64,000 nucleotides of DNA from Pyrinomonadaceae bacterium (GTDB lineage Bacteria > Acidobacteriota > Blastocatellia > Pyrinomonadales > Pyrinomonadaceae): contig DATJKB010000744.1 of assembly GCA_035491875.1 (NCBI GenBank), positions 919-64,918 of the forward strand, given 5' to 3'. Numbering within the stretch: position 1 is the stretch's first letter; each line of letters begins with the position of its first letter. This document shows positions 40,643 to 48,725 of the stretch, one piece after another. The notes under the pieces are model-generated. The model saw only the letters and a list, made by a program, of their open reading frames with translations. It did no database searches and was not told where the DNA came from. The position numbers and the translations under genes were made by a program.

Positions 40643-40879
40643 TTAGACTAGAGGTAGCGTTAATCGCGGGTTAAACAGGTGGATTCCCGCTAGTGTTGTT
40701 ATTGTTTGGTAGGGTTTAACAATCCGACAGGCTGGCATTGGAACGGTGTACCCTTTACGTGAAGTCGAGCACTCCGTACACAAGGGACAATGACGTTGAT
40801 CGCAACGTGGATTGCGACACTTCAGGCAGCCGTGACGGCGTACCTGTTTGAGTTTCGGATGATGACGATCTGTGATCAC
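40643..40879 (-). CDS. Cys/Arg/His-rich hypothetical protein (78 aa)
   Basis: Track ORF. Its composition is unusual, so the region could instead be non-coding. Confidence 0.3.
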   Translation of the reverse strand: MITDRHHPKLKQVRRHGCLKCRNPRCDQRHCPLCTECSTSRKGYTVPMPACRIVKPYQTITTLAGIHLFNPRLTLPLV

Positions 40880-40888
40880 TAGTAGTCC

Positions 40889-41089
40889 TCAGTAGTCAAC
40901 CCCCATCCGCGCAGTTGTCTCAGTCGTCTCAGGTCGTTCTTCCGTAGTCGCATCAGTCGCAATTATCACGGTAACGACTGTCAGCAGCACCGCCCAGAAC
41001 GAGAATATCACCTGCGGCATAATAGACTGGGAGCGGATTACGCCAACGAGAGCTGTAACCGCCAAAAGAAAGGTAACGAAAGAGATCAC
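40889..41089 (-). CDS. Two-TM membrane protein (66 aa)
   Basis: Track ORF with a GTG start. Confidence 0.4.
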   Translation of the reverse strand: MISFVTFLLAVTALVGVIRSQSIMPQVIFSFWAVLLTVVTVIIATDATTEERPETTETTARMGVDY

Positions 41090-41238
41090 TGATAGATCCT
41101 CCCTGCTCGCTCAATCCGCCCACTCGTCTCCTCACTTACCCTCGTCAACCACGATTGCAACCCGTAGTAGACACCGAAAGAGAGCGCGAGGATGAGGAGA
41201 ATGGTTAGGGTGTAGTCGGATAAGGTTAGACGTTGCAT
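41086..41238 (-). CDS. Single-TM membrane protein (50 aa)
   Basis: Hand-found: MQRLTLSDYTLTILLILALSFGVYYGLQSWLTRVSEETSGRIERAGRIYQ. It has a GTGA overlap downstream. Confidence 0.35.
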   Translation of the reverse strand: MQRLTLSDYTLTILLILALSFGVYYGLQSWLTRVSEETSGRIERAGRIYQ

Positions 41239-41444
41239 GGGGTTAGATCCTTTGTTGTCGTGATTTCGGATTCCATTTGCATCGCTAAGGCTGACCGCGA
41301 CTCAACCAATGTGAACTCATTGCCACATACGCCGCAGTATCGTACACCGCGCCTCTCCGTCCTCGACTGCGATGAATGAATCCGGCAAGTAGGGCAATAG
41401 GCCGACTCTCTTGCTGGTAGCTTGTTACCTTGTTTCGTACTCAT
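41226..41444 (-). CDS. Zinc-ribbon protein (72 aa)
   Basis: Motif: CPTCR...CGVCG. Confidence 0.4.
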   Translation of the reverse strand: MSTKQGNKLPARESAYCPTCRIHSSQSRTERRGVRYCGVCGNEFTLVESRSALAMQMESEITTTKDLTPCNV

Positions 41445-41459
41445 GTTCTCTCACTCGCA

Positions 41460-41657
41460 TCAACTCAACTCCGCGTTGGTGGTGGTTGCACGCACCTGTA
41501 ACCGATCACCGTCAATGCGTGTAGTCACTAATCCCTTACATTGCAAGGCTAGTACCTCGCCGAGATAATGACGATGATGATCCAGCCACTGATCAGGTCT
41601 TGAGCGCGCGGTCCTGAGAATCATTGTTTCAATCGCTGTCATCTTCGTCTCACTCAT
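41460..41657 (-). CDS. Hypothetical protein (65 aa)
   Basis: Track ORF. Confidence 0.4.
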   Translation of the reverse strand: MSETKMTAIETMILRTARSRPDQWLDHHRHYLGEVLALQCKGLVTTRIDGDRLQVRATTTNAELS

Positions 41658-41680
41658 ACTCCCTCCCGTGGGTTGGTTGG

Positions 41681-41866
41681 TTAGTCGCAGGATTGCAGTC
41701 TATTGCTTCCCTGCGCCTTTATAAAAGCCGTCACTTTTGACTTGTGCCAAGTCTCGCCGCCGTCAAAGGAATAATACTTCACGTTCCAACTAAACTTGAC
41801 TTCGAGCCAGTACCAAATTCCGGTTGGCCTGTGAATCACTCGCTTCATAATCGCCGTTGCGCCCAT
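41681..41866 (-). CDS. Hypothetical protein (61 aa)
   Basis: Track ORF. Confidence 0.4.
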   Translation of the reverse strand: MGATAIMKRVIHRPTGIWYWLEVKFSWNVKYYSFDGGETWHKSKVTAFIKAQGSNRLQSCD

Positions 41867-41983
41867 TCCCTCACCCCTTTCGCTTCGGTCTGCGCGCGAG
41901 TCGTGCTAATCCATTCCAGTAACAAAACCAGCACAATCCCTGCGCGTAATTCAGTGCTCGTTCAAGTTTACAGTGTTTGCACA

Positions 41984-42145
41984 TTACTTAACCTTCCCTT
42001 CAATCCTATCCAACTCAGCCTTGACCGCTTCCCGCACCACCCATGAAGGCGGGCGGTCGATCTGTTTCGCTACCCGCTTAAGTCGTCGGATTAAAGCCTC
42101 TTCCACGCGGGCGAATAACATTTTGTCTTTAGTGGTTGTCGCCAT
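41984..42145 (-). CDS. Ribbon-helix-helix (CopG/Arc-like) regulator (53 aa)
   Basis: Hand translation: MATTTKDKMLFARVEEALIRRLKRVAKQIDRPPSWVVREAVKAELDRIEGKVK. This shows a beta strand followed by two helices. It is divergent from the early promoter. Confidence 0.55.
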   Translation of the reverse strand: MATTTKDKMLFARVEEALIRRLKRVAKQIDRPPSWVVREAVKAELDRIEGKVK

Positions 42146-42155
42146 GTCGAAGGAC

Positions 42156-42184
42156 AGACTACACTAGCCGTCAATCTATGTCAA
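42156..42184 (-). promoter_or_regulatory. Sigma70-type promoter TTGACA-N17-TAGTCT for the RHH operon
   Basis: On the minus strand: -35 at 42184..42179 and -10 at 42161..42156. The -10 ends 11 nt before ATG 42145, so the leader is about 4 nt or less. Confidence 0.45.
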
Positions 42185-42231
42185 GCATTTATTCGCGGTC
42201 AATTTGAACAATGAAATAATTGAGATTGTGC

Positions 42232-42260
42232 TTGACAACGCTAGACAATGATAGTAGAGT
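42232..42260 (+). promoter_or_regulatory. Sigma70-type promoter TTGACA-N17-TAGAGT (early plus-strand block)
   Basis: -35 at 42232..42237 and -10 at 42255..42260. Confidence 0.55.
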
Positions 42261-42283
42261 GCTTCTTACGGAGACAAACTAAA

Positions 42284-42517
42284 ATGATTACCTATCACTA
42301 CAACGGCAAGCGAGTTGATCTGAAACTTAACGGCGAAGATAACCCGTCATGCCCGAACTGCAATCGATACAACGCCATGCTGTTTGAGCGTATGTGTAAC
42401 GGGCCATCCGATGATTACGTTCTTAAGTGCCGCGATTGTGGTGCTGAGGTAATTGTAATAACAAGAGAGGTTGAAATCGAAGTCGAGCCAGACTTAGAAC
42501 AGTTACGACAGGAATGA
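42284..42517 (+). CDS. Zinc-ribbon protein (77 aa)
   Basis: Internal ATG of track ORF 42248..42517, downstream of the promoter, with GGAG upstream. Motifs: CPNCN...CRDCG. Confidence 0.5.
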   Translation: MITYHYNGKRVDLKLNGEDNPSCPNCNRYNAMLFERMCNGPSDDYVLKCRDCGAEVIVITREVEIEVEPDLEQLRQE

Positions 42518-42551
42518 AGACGGTCCCAAGGACGGCTACAGTGTCAGATAC

Positions 42552-42713
42552 GTGCGAGCGGACAATTACGCACAGCTCGTCGCGGCACTGCGAGACGAAC
42601 TTGAGGCAATCCGCCTCTGGCAATCAGCGCGGAATGTTCCGGCTGACGTTCGTGACGGATTGCAAATCAGCACGGAGAAGATTCGCCAAGTACTCAGCCG
42701 CGTGCGGGGGTAG
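42552..42713 (+). CDS. Possible 53-aa helical protein (GTG start)
   Basis: The third frame reads VRADNYAQLVAALRDELEAIRLWQSARNVPADVRDGLQISTEKIRQVLSRVRG. This is far more protein-like than the two track ORFs covering the region. The Shine-Dalgarno signal is weak. Confidence 0.3.
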   Translation: MRADNYAQLVAALRDELEAIRLWQSARNVPADVRDGLQISTEKIRQVLSRVRG

Positions 42714-42737
42714 GGAATGATGACGTTGAAATATTCG

Positions 42738-42766
42738 TTGACAACGGAAGTGACGCCTGATACTCT
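42738..42766 (+). promoter_or_regulatory. Sigma70-type promoter TTGACA-N17-TACTCT
   Basis: -35 at 42738..42743 and -10 at 42761..42766. Confidence 0.4.
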
Positions 42767-42808
42767 GTCGCACGGCAGAAAACCGTAGCAACGGAAAGTT
42801 GAGCGAGT

Positions 42809-42982
42809 ATGAGCCGTTACAAAAGGAAACCGGAACGTAAGACTAGATGCGAAAGTTGTAAGACGCCGCTGACCACTACCCGCAAACTGCAACGGTTCTG
42901 TTCGGACATTTGCAGGTGGCGAGCATGGGATCGCGAACATCCGAGACAAAACATTCAACGAAAGGCAGAATCAAATGCATAA
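42809..42982 (+). CDS. Small zinc-finger protein (57 aa, C..C...FCS..C type)
   Basis: Hand translation: MSRYKRKPERKTRCESCKTPLTTTRKLQRFCSDICRWRAWDREHPRQNIQRKAESNA. Confidence 0.45.
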   Translation: MSRYKRKPERKTRCESCKTPLTTTRKLQRFCSDICRWRAWDREHPRQNIQRKAESNA

Positions 42983-43670
42983 CCGTAAGAACTTCGCAAT
43001 CGGCTCATTGGTAGCCAAATCAGAAGATACCCGTTTCAGTCTGGCAACTGTTCAGATCCATCGGGATAAAACCGTGGCCTGTGACGGGCACGTGCTCGCG
43101 CTCGTGTCGAACACTGAAACCGAGAACGAGAATTTTCCACTCATTGACAACGTTACGCCACTTGCTGAGTTTGAACCATTTCTGATTCCTGCCGCACAAG
43201 CCGCTGCCATCGTTAAGGCGATTCCGAATGAACGCCAACTGCCAGCATTGAACCATGCACTTATCGGCGTCAACGGTGACGGGCAGTCGAAAGTTATCGC
43301 TACTACCGACCTTGAGACTAAGACGGTATTCAAGGTTGACGAGTCGCCACAGCCACCCTCGAAACAGTTTCCAAAGTGGGAGAAAGCTATCCCTGACGGC
43401 GAGCCCGTGGCAGTAGCAACACTCGATTTGAATCTATTACTGCCAGCATTGAAAGCAATGGCTGCGTTCGGGCCGGATAGAACCAAATCCGTCACGATGC
43501 GCGTGTATAAGTCTGAACACGACAAGCCAGATCGTTCTTTCACTCCTGTACGGTTTGACGCGCGGAACTGGGATACAGGGCAGCACATGACCGTTGTGGC
43601 AATGCCGATGAATGACGTAATCGAGGCGAAGGACTGGACGACCGCATCGGAAAAGGAGTCGCATGACTGA
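42975..43670 (+). CDS. Sliding-clamp (DnaN)-like protein, short form
   Basis: 231 aa. VACDGHVLALVS resembles the clamp motif ATDGHRLA. KQFPKWEKAIPDG resembles the FPdy..viP motif. Confidence 0.45.
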   Translation: MHNRKNFAIGSLVAKSEDTRFSLATVQIHRDKTVACDGHVLALVSNTETENENFPLIDNVTPLAEFEPFLIPAAQAAAIVKAIPNERQLPALNHALIGVNGDGQSKVIATTDLETKTVFKVDESPQPPSKQFPKWEKAIPDGEPVAVATLDLNLLLPALKAMAAFGPDRTKSVTMRVYKSEHDKPDRSFTPVRFDARNWDTGQHMTVVAMPMNDVIEAKDWTTASEKESHD

Positions 43671-43827
43671 GCATCGGACTACGCCCACTCAACCCCGCGC
43701 CCAACGCTTCTACTGCCCCGGTTGCTGCGAGTGGCATGAGACGTCGAGGCTGCTGGAAGCAGTGCGGGAGGAGGCGGAGCGAATCAGAGTGGAGAAAAAC
43801 GATGCCGACAACAGCAAAGAGCTTTAA
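43663..43827 (+). CDS. Small Cys-containing protein (54 aa)
   Basis: Hand-found, with AAAAGGAG upstream and an ATGA overlap. Sequence: MTEHRTTPTQPRAQRFYCPGCCEWHETSRLLEAVREEAERIRVEKNDADNSKEL. Confidence 0.35.
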   Translation: MTEHRTTPTQPRAQRFYCPGCCEWHETSRLLEAVREEAERIRVEKNDADNSKEL

Positions 43828-44290
43828 CGGCCGCGAAGCTGAAATCGATGAACTGTATAGCAAAGGGCCAGTAAGGCGCGGGCCGTTCTACTGCTCGCCG
43901 TGGTGCGGCGCGAATTGCACTATCGCGGCCTATGATGCCGCGTGTTTCAAAGGCAAGGCACTGGCTGAGCAGCTTGGCCCGAACTGGAAGCCGCGCATCT
44001 GGGAGAACATGGGCTGGTATTACTGCGCCATCGACGCGAGCGGTTACTGGAAGGTCCATGCGCATGAATACGCAGACGGAGACGTTCACTACACTGCGTT
44101 CCTCGGCGAGCCGGGTAGTGCTGGCGGTAAGTGGGCTGAGTCTGGTAAGACGCCGCAGGCCGCGATTGAGAAAACTAAACATGTTGCGCGGGCAGCGTTA
44201 CGAGAGCTACGGAAGGTGATTGATGCAAGTTTAGTGAATAGCGGAGAGCTATACCTGCGCACCCAGCCACGAAAGGACGGGGAAGGATGA
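43802..44290 (+). CDS. Hypothetical protein (162 aa)
   Basis: Internal ATG of track ORF 43736..44290. Confidence 0.45.
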   Translation: MPTTAKSFNGREAEIDELYSKGPVRRGPFYCSPWCGANCTIAAYDAACFKGKALAEQLGPNWKPRIWENMGWYYCAIDASGYWKVHAHEYADGDVHYTAFLGEPGSAGGKWAESGKTPQAAIEKTKHVARAALRELRKVIDASLVNSGELYLRTQPRKDGEG

Positions 44291-44448
44291 TCGTGAACAC
44301 TGACTATGAGCGCGATAACCCGGAGCGCCGGGAAACTGAACGCTGGTTCAAACCTGCGATATACCCGAGCAACGTCTACGTCTGCCCGTTGTGTGAATTG
44401 CCGGAGACAGAGGGCGTCTACGAATACGAATGTGACTGTTGGGGCTAA
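44287..44448 (+). CDS. Small Cys-rich protein (53 aa)
   Basis: Hand-found with an ATGA overlap. Sequence: MIVNTDYERDNPERRETERWFKPAIYPSNVYVCPLCELPETEGVYEYECDCWG. Confidence 0.35.
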   Translation: MIVNTDYERDNPERRETERWFKPAIYPSNVYVCPLCELPETEGVYEYECDCWG

Positions 44449-44488
44449 CTCAACTCATCAGACCGCAACTTGGAAAGAGGATCAGGTG

Positions 44489-44923
44489 ATGACTAAGACC
44501 TTGACTGAATATCTCTACGGAATTATGCAAAATGGATCAGATGGCGTCGGTGGCGATTGGAGCGCGGAAGAAGCCGCGAAGGCTATCGAGTACGAAGCTG
44601 AACAGTATCTCAAGTCACAACGCACGCAACCCGCGCCGGAGACCGGGGAGTGGTCGGTAGTCGCGAATGAGACTGCCTCTGATTATTATCACTTAATTCA
44701 AAATAATCAGACTATCGGCGTGTTGCTGGTTAAGCCGGAAATCGCCGCGCAAATCATCGCTGACCACGCTGCCGTGCCGCGACTTGAGGACGCTCTCATC
44801 CAAGCTCGTAACAATGCGCAAGTGTTCATAGGCGCTCAATATCTCGATACGGCGCGACAAGGACTGGCAGAGATCGTCAAACAGATCGACGCCGCTCTCA
44901 CCACCCTGCGCCGGGAGGGGTAA
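44489..44923 (+). CDS. Hypothetical protein (144 aa)
   Basis: Internal ATG of track ORF 44306..44923. Confidence 0.45.
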   Translation: MTKTLTEYLYGIMQNGSDGVGGDWSAEEAAKAIEYEAEQYLKSQRTQPAPETGEWSVVANETASDYYHLIQNNQTIGVLLVKPEIAAQIIADHAAVPRLEDALIQARNNAQVFIGAQYLDTARQGLAEIVKQIDAALTTLRREG

Positions 44924-44976
44924 GAGAGTGAATCAGGCTGTGCATAAATAAATTCTCACTATTTCGCTTTACCCTA

Positions 44977-45005
44977 TTGACAAGTCGATATATAGAGAGT
45001 ATAAC
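44977..45005 (+). promoter_or_regulatory. Sigma70-type promoter TTGACA-N17-TATAAC
   Basis: -35 at 44977..44982 and -10 at 45000..45005, followed by AAGGAGG and ATG 45035. Confidence 0.55.
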
Positions 45006-45034
45006 TACCTTCGACTTTAAGGAGGACAACGAAG

Positions 45035-45724
45035 ATGTTACATAACGAACCATACAGACTCGACAAAACACTAAGCCCTGAACGACCGTTCGCTGATGTG
45101 TTGAAACAGACATATACACGGATGGACGGAATGGATACCAAGCTGCGTGAATCCATCGCAGATGCTGTTGCCCGAATCGCTGTCGATCCGACGGATGGAA
45201 TTTCATGGCGTGGTGAGGGACTTATCGAAGATCAAACGACGCTGACCGTGCTGATTGAAGCCAGCTACTCTCTGTCTAAAGCGGCGACATTGGAAGACGT
45301 CCTGCCCGCTTTCGAGCAATTCTGCGAACGGTATAAAGGCTATGTTATCTCGTGGGCACATCAAGGCGAAACGTCCTCGTCTACCATGTCCAATATCGCC
45401 AGTCGGGCCACGCTTGCAGCGACTGCGAAGATGTTTGGTTCATGGGGCTTTGCGCAAGAGCTTGAACGGGAAATAAAAAGAGACATTGAGGAAAGTAGAA
45501 AACGGCTAGTCGTTGTCGAGTTTGTCGATTTGAAAGTTGACGAATGGTTCCGAGCAGAACCGGACGTGGCCGCTATGAGCTATCGCAAGCTGTCACCGCG
45601 CAAGGCAGTCGAAGGAGTATGGCCCATTGCCGATGCGAAGAAGCTGACATTTAGCCCGCGCGATCACGTGTACGTCTGGCGGGTTCCGTTAGAGTCGGAT
45701 GTTCTATACGAGGCGGCGGCGTAG
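45035..45724 (+). CDS. Hypothetical protein (229 aa) with its own strong promoter and ribosome-binding site
   Basis: Track ORF. No motif recognised. Confidence 0.55.
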   Translation: MLHNEPYRLDKTLSPERPFADVLKQTYTRMDGMDTKLRESIADAVARIAVDPTDGISWRGEGLIEDQTTLTVLIEASYSLSKAATLEDVLPAFEQFCERYKGYVISWAHQGETSSSTMSNIASRATLAATAKMFGSWGFAQELEREIKRDIEESRKRLVVVEFVDLKVDEWFRAEPDVAAMSYRKLSPRKAVEGVWPIADAKKLTFSPRDHVYVWRVPLESDVLYEAAA

Positions 45725-45726
45725 TT

Positions 45727-45888
45727 ATGGCCCAAACGTTAAAGCAGCTACTTTGCCTTCGCTGTGGTCATCGCTGGTGGCCGCGTGCAACCGAGAAGCC
45801 ACGCACCTGTGCAAGTTGCAATTCACCGTACTGGGACAGACCACGACAGAAAACGAAGCCGGGACCGAAAGGGAGAGGGAGCAGATGA
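45727..45888 (+). CDS. Zinc-ribbon protein (53 aa)
   Basis: Hand translation: MAQTLKQLLCLRCGHRWWPRATEKPRTCASCNSPYWDRPRQKTKPGPKGRGSR. Confidence 0.4.
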   Translation: MAQTLKQLLCLRCGHRWWPRATEKPRTCASCNSPYWDRPRQKTKPGPKGRGSR

Positions 45889-46097
45889 TTGATTTTGACG
45901 ATCTGACTACGAAGGAAAAGGCTGCGATTGCGCGTTTACGGAAGCTCGCTAAGACGTGGCCTAAAACGCTTGCGTTATTTTCAAACAGCGGCACGCTTGA
46001 GGTCCACAGGTGCGGCGACGGTGAGCCATATACGGGCGACACGCTCATAGATGAAGTTTATGGAATAACCAACGACGGCGGAGATCGCGACGACTAA
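45885..46097 (+). CDS. Hypothetical protein (70 aa)
   Basis: ATG 45885 has an ATGA overlap. It is the internal start of track ORF 45699..46097. Confidence 0.4.
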   Translation: MIDFDDLTTKEKAAIARLRKLAKTWPKTLALFSNSGTLEVHRCGDGEPYTGDTLIDEVYGITNDGGDRDD

Positions 46098-46121
46098 CCC
46101 CACCACCCGAGGAGGCGAAGG

Positions 46122-46352
46122 ATGAGCAAGATCAGTATTGAGGGCAGGATTGGAAATAATTGCAAAGTCGGTAATGCTCACACCGTCGAGATTCACGAGC
46201 ATTATAACGGTTCCGAAAAAGATGCATTCGGCGGCGCGCGAGAGTGGCCGCACGTAACTGCAAAGATCGGATTTCAGGTAGGCGAGGAGCGCCGGGCTAT
46301 CGACTTCGCGCGGAAGCTAACCGCACTCATCAGGGAGGAATTCGGACAATGA
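46122..46352 (+). CDS. Hypothetical protein (76 aa)
   Basis: Track ORF. Confidence 0.45.
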   Translation: MSKISIEGRIGNNCKVGNAHTVEIHEHYNGSEKDAFGGAREWPHVTAKIGFQVGEERRAIDFARKLTALIREEFGQ

Positions 46353-46504
46353 CTGACGAACTTACCCAAACCTTAATCATTGCGTTGCAAGGCGCAGCGG
46401 AAGAGAAGGATCGCGACGCTAACCAGATGGATCTGTGGGCTGGCCAGTCGCGTTCCGGGGGTTGGTCCACGCATCAAGTGGATGCGCAGTTAAAAGCTGG
46501 CTGA
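46349..46504 (+). CDS. Hypothetical protein (51 aa)
   Basis: ATG 46349 has an ATGA overlap. Confidence 0.35.
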   Translation: MTDELTQTLIIALQGAAEEKDRDANQMDLWAGQSRSGGWSTHQVDAQLKAG

Positions 46505-46573
46505 CAAGCTGCGCCGTGAAGCGGCGGGCATACGAAGCGTAATTGCGCAAGCAGCAGAAAGGATCAGACGACA

Positions 46574-46993
46574 ATGACTACAACCACCACCCACGACTCC
46601 GCGACGTGTCAGGCTAACGCAGGTAACCCATGCGCCATGTGTGCCGCCGCCATCAAATTCGAGAAACGACAAGTGCTGGAACGAGTGCGGGAGGCGTTGA
46701 GCGAACCCGACTGCGACTGCGCACTTCATCGACTCTCTCAGACTGAGCGAGCACGAGTGATCGATGCGGCGATTGACGCGACGAATGCGGAGGTTCGTGT
46801 AAATGGAGGTTACCTACTCCCCTCTTTCGATGACGACTGGGAACTTGCGCCGTTGTCGATGACGAAGACCACTGAGCGCGAGTGTGCTGAGTACTGGTAT
46901 GAGCAGGGGAAGCGAGCGGAACGACGCGAGTTGCAGCAAAACTCCGACATGCGCGAGATGTTCCGCGTCGGGAATGAGAGGGTAATGAAATGA
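46574..46993 (+). CDS. Hypothetical protein (139 aa)
   Basis: Track ORF. Confidence 0.45.
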   Translation: MTTTTTHDSATCQANAGNPCAMCAAAIKFEKRQVLERVREALSEPDCDCALHRLSQTERARVIDAAIDATNAEVRVNGGYLLPSFDDDWELAPLSMTKTTERECAEYWYEQGKRAERRELQQNSDMREMFRVGNERVMK

Positions 46994-47184
46994 TCGACGC
47001 TGACAAGCTAAGGGAACGACTCCGCGAGCGAGTTACCGAATCCCGCTCAGACTACGACCACGGCTACTGTCTCAACTGCGAGGCGCAACTGATGAGCGCG
47101 GACGTGGAGAATGATCACACCTGTACGAATTGCGGGAGCGGAATGGACGCGGATGATGAGGACTGTTGTCACTTCGACGACTGA
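46990..47184 (+). CDS. Zinc-ribbon protein (64 aa)
   Basis: Motif: CLNCEAQL...CTNCGSG. Confidence 0.45.
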   Translation: MIDADKLRERLRERVTESRSDYDHGYCLNCEAQLMSADVENDHTCTNCGSGMDADDEDCCHFDD

Positions 47185-47214
47185 CTCCCAGTGATTGCAG
47201 GGAAAGGGGAATAG

Positions 47215-47427
47215 ATGGCTGACACGCTGAAGGAACGGTTGCAAGAGGCTTTTAAGGATCACGTCGAGAAGGACCACGGGCTGATTGCCGGGCCTGATCG
47301 CTTGCTTGAGCGCGTTCTCAAGTCTGTTGGTGAGTGGCTGGAAACTGACGAGGAACAATGGCGCGACACCGAGTCTGAATATGTCGCGGAAGCGTTGCGC
47401 GACTTGCGAGTAAATCAACTGAGATGA
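47215..47427 (+). CDS. Hypothetical acidic protein (70 aa)
   Basis: Track ORF. Confidence 0.45.
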   Translation: MADTLKERLQEAFKDHVEKDHGLIAGPDRLLERVLKSVGEWLETDEEQWRDTESEYVAEALRDLRVNQLR

Positions 47428-47714
47428 AGCTGAATAAAAAAGACGCCCAGACATGGCGGAAAAACATTGAGCAGGTGACAGTACGGATCTCATCCCGCAC
47501 TAACGATGGCGTCGTATCCGAGTTGCTGATTGATCCGTTGAGAGACGATCCTGAAATCATGGCCGTATTAACCGTGAAGTATCTTGAACAAATAGCCGAT
47601 CACTGGCCGACAAGTGAGCCGCTCGACAGAAAGTGTAAGCAGGAATTGTACGATGCCGCATCTCTGATTAATGTCTTACTACTTGAGCTAAGACGCGAAG
47701 AGCAACTAAGGTGA
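47424..47714 (+). CDS. Hypothetical protein (96 aa)
   Basis: Track ORF with a 4-nt overlap. Confidence 0.45.
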   Translation: MKLNKKDAQTWRKNIEQVTVRISSRTNDGVVSELLIDPLRDDPEIMAVLTVKYLEQIADHWPTSEPLDRKCKQELYDAASLINVLLLELRREEQLR

Positions 47715-47914
47715 AACACCAATGGGAAGAATTTCAGAACCCGAATTCCTTTATACGGAGAAGGCGGTGTTTGAACTGTAAAGCAGAACAGGAGCATACG
47801 ACAGAATATCGGTGGGGCCGCGTATTTCGCTATCAGTGGTGGCCCCTTGTTGGGAGATGTCGTACACAGAGTCAGAGGAGACGACAACGCAGGAGCAACC
47901 CCAATGAGCAATGA
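47711..47914 (+). CDS. Hypothetical basic protein (67 aa)
   Basis: Track ORF with a GTGA overlap. Confidence 0.35.
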   Translation: MKHQWEEFQNPNSFIRRRRCLNCKAEQEHTTEYRWGRVFRYQWWPLVGRCRTQSQRRRQRRSNPNEQ

Positions 47915-48131
47915 GGCGACAGCGAAACGTAAGAAGACCGAGGCGGTAGTCATGGTTCCGTTTGATAAGTGGCTGGCCCTGACCAATGCGTTAGAGGCTA
48001 CTCCTGACATTGCAATTGCCGATCTAATTAAGAAGGCAGAGCGAATCGTGAGCGCGCGCAAAAGGAACGGGCGGCGAATCATTGAGCTAGAGGGCCAACT
48101 GCTGAAGAAATGTCCTGATCTGGACAGTTAA
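47904..48131 (+). CDS. Hypothetical protein (75 aa)
   Basis: Internal ATG of track ORF 47847..48131. Confidence 0.4.
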   Translation: MSNEATAKRKKTEAVVMVPFDKWLALTNALEATPDIAIADLIKKAERIVSARKRNGRRIIELEGQLLKKCPDLDS

Positions 48132-48145
48132 AGAAGGGGCTGATT

Positions 48146-48562
48146 ATGGCTGACGAATACGAAGAAGTTCTTGCGGGAACGCTCTCGCTCGGTTATCTGG
48201 ACTGCACGTTGCTGGAATACGCGCGCGGAATCAAATACTTCGTTGACGAAGAGTCCCGCAAACCCAACTGCGATACACACCTTATCAACTTATTACGCCG
48301 TGCGGCTTGTGTTGGCTGGGAGAACATCCACCTGTTCCAGCAATCACCAATAGCCACCACAGTAAACGAACGTGATGCCCTACTTGCAGAGGTAGGCCGA
48401 CTGCGGGAGGCGCTGGTGAAAGCAGCGATACCTTACGAGGCGCTGCTAGCGGACGCTGAAAGTCGCAAGTGGATCGCGCCTGAAGTGTGGGCCGCAATTG
48501 AAGCTGCCGTGATCGAATCTCGCGCCGCACTAAGCGGAAAGGTAGGTGAAGGGAATGGCTAG
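48146..48562 (+). CDS. Hypothetical protein (138 aa)
   Basis: Track ORF. Confidence 0.5.
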   Translation: MADEYEEVLAGTLSLGYLDCTLLEYARGIKYFVDEESRKPNCDTHLINLLRRAACVGWENIHLFQQSPIATTVNERDALLAEVGRLREALVKAAIPYEALLADAESRKWIAPEVWAAIEAAVIESRAALSGKVGEGNG

Positions 48563-48725
48563 TAGGTTCGCAACTGAGTTATCAGCAAAGTTAACCAGCG
48601 GCGTTCCTGAGAATGTTTTGGAATGGGGCCGCAGGATCATCGACGGAGAACTTCAGGAAGTGCAGGAAGTGCTCGCAGGGGTAATTCGTGAGCACGACGA
48701 AGTGAAAGGCTGTGAATCATCGTGA
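48555..48725 (+). CDS. Hypothetical protein (56 aa)
   Basis: Hand-found: MASRFATELSAKLTSGVPENVLEWGRRIIDGELQEVQEVLAGVIREHDEVKGCESS. It fills the gap between two track ORFs. Confidence 0.3.
   Translation: MASRFATELSAKLTSGVPENVLEWGRRIIDGELQEVQEVLAGVIREHDEVKGCESS

Noticed and set aside
42514-42958. Track ORFs 42514..42720 (+) and 42566..42958 (-)
   Set aside because: Both translations are Arg/Ser/Thr/Cys-rich and not protein-like. A third frame (42552..42713) and a small zinc-finger ORF (42809..42982) read much better, and a consensus promoter sits between them.
47047-48082. Minus-strand ORFs 47047..47493 and 47600..48082
   Set aside because: They lie antisense to a run of coupled plus-strand genes and have Ser/Leu/Arg-rich low-complexity translations.
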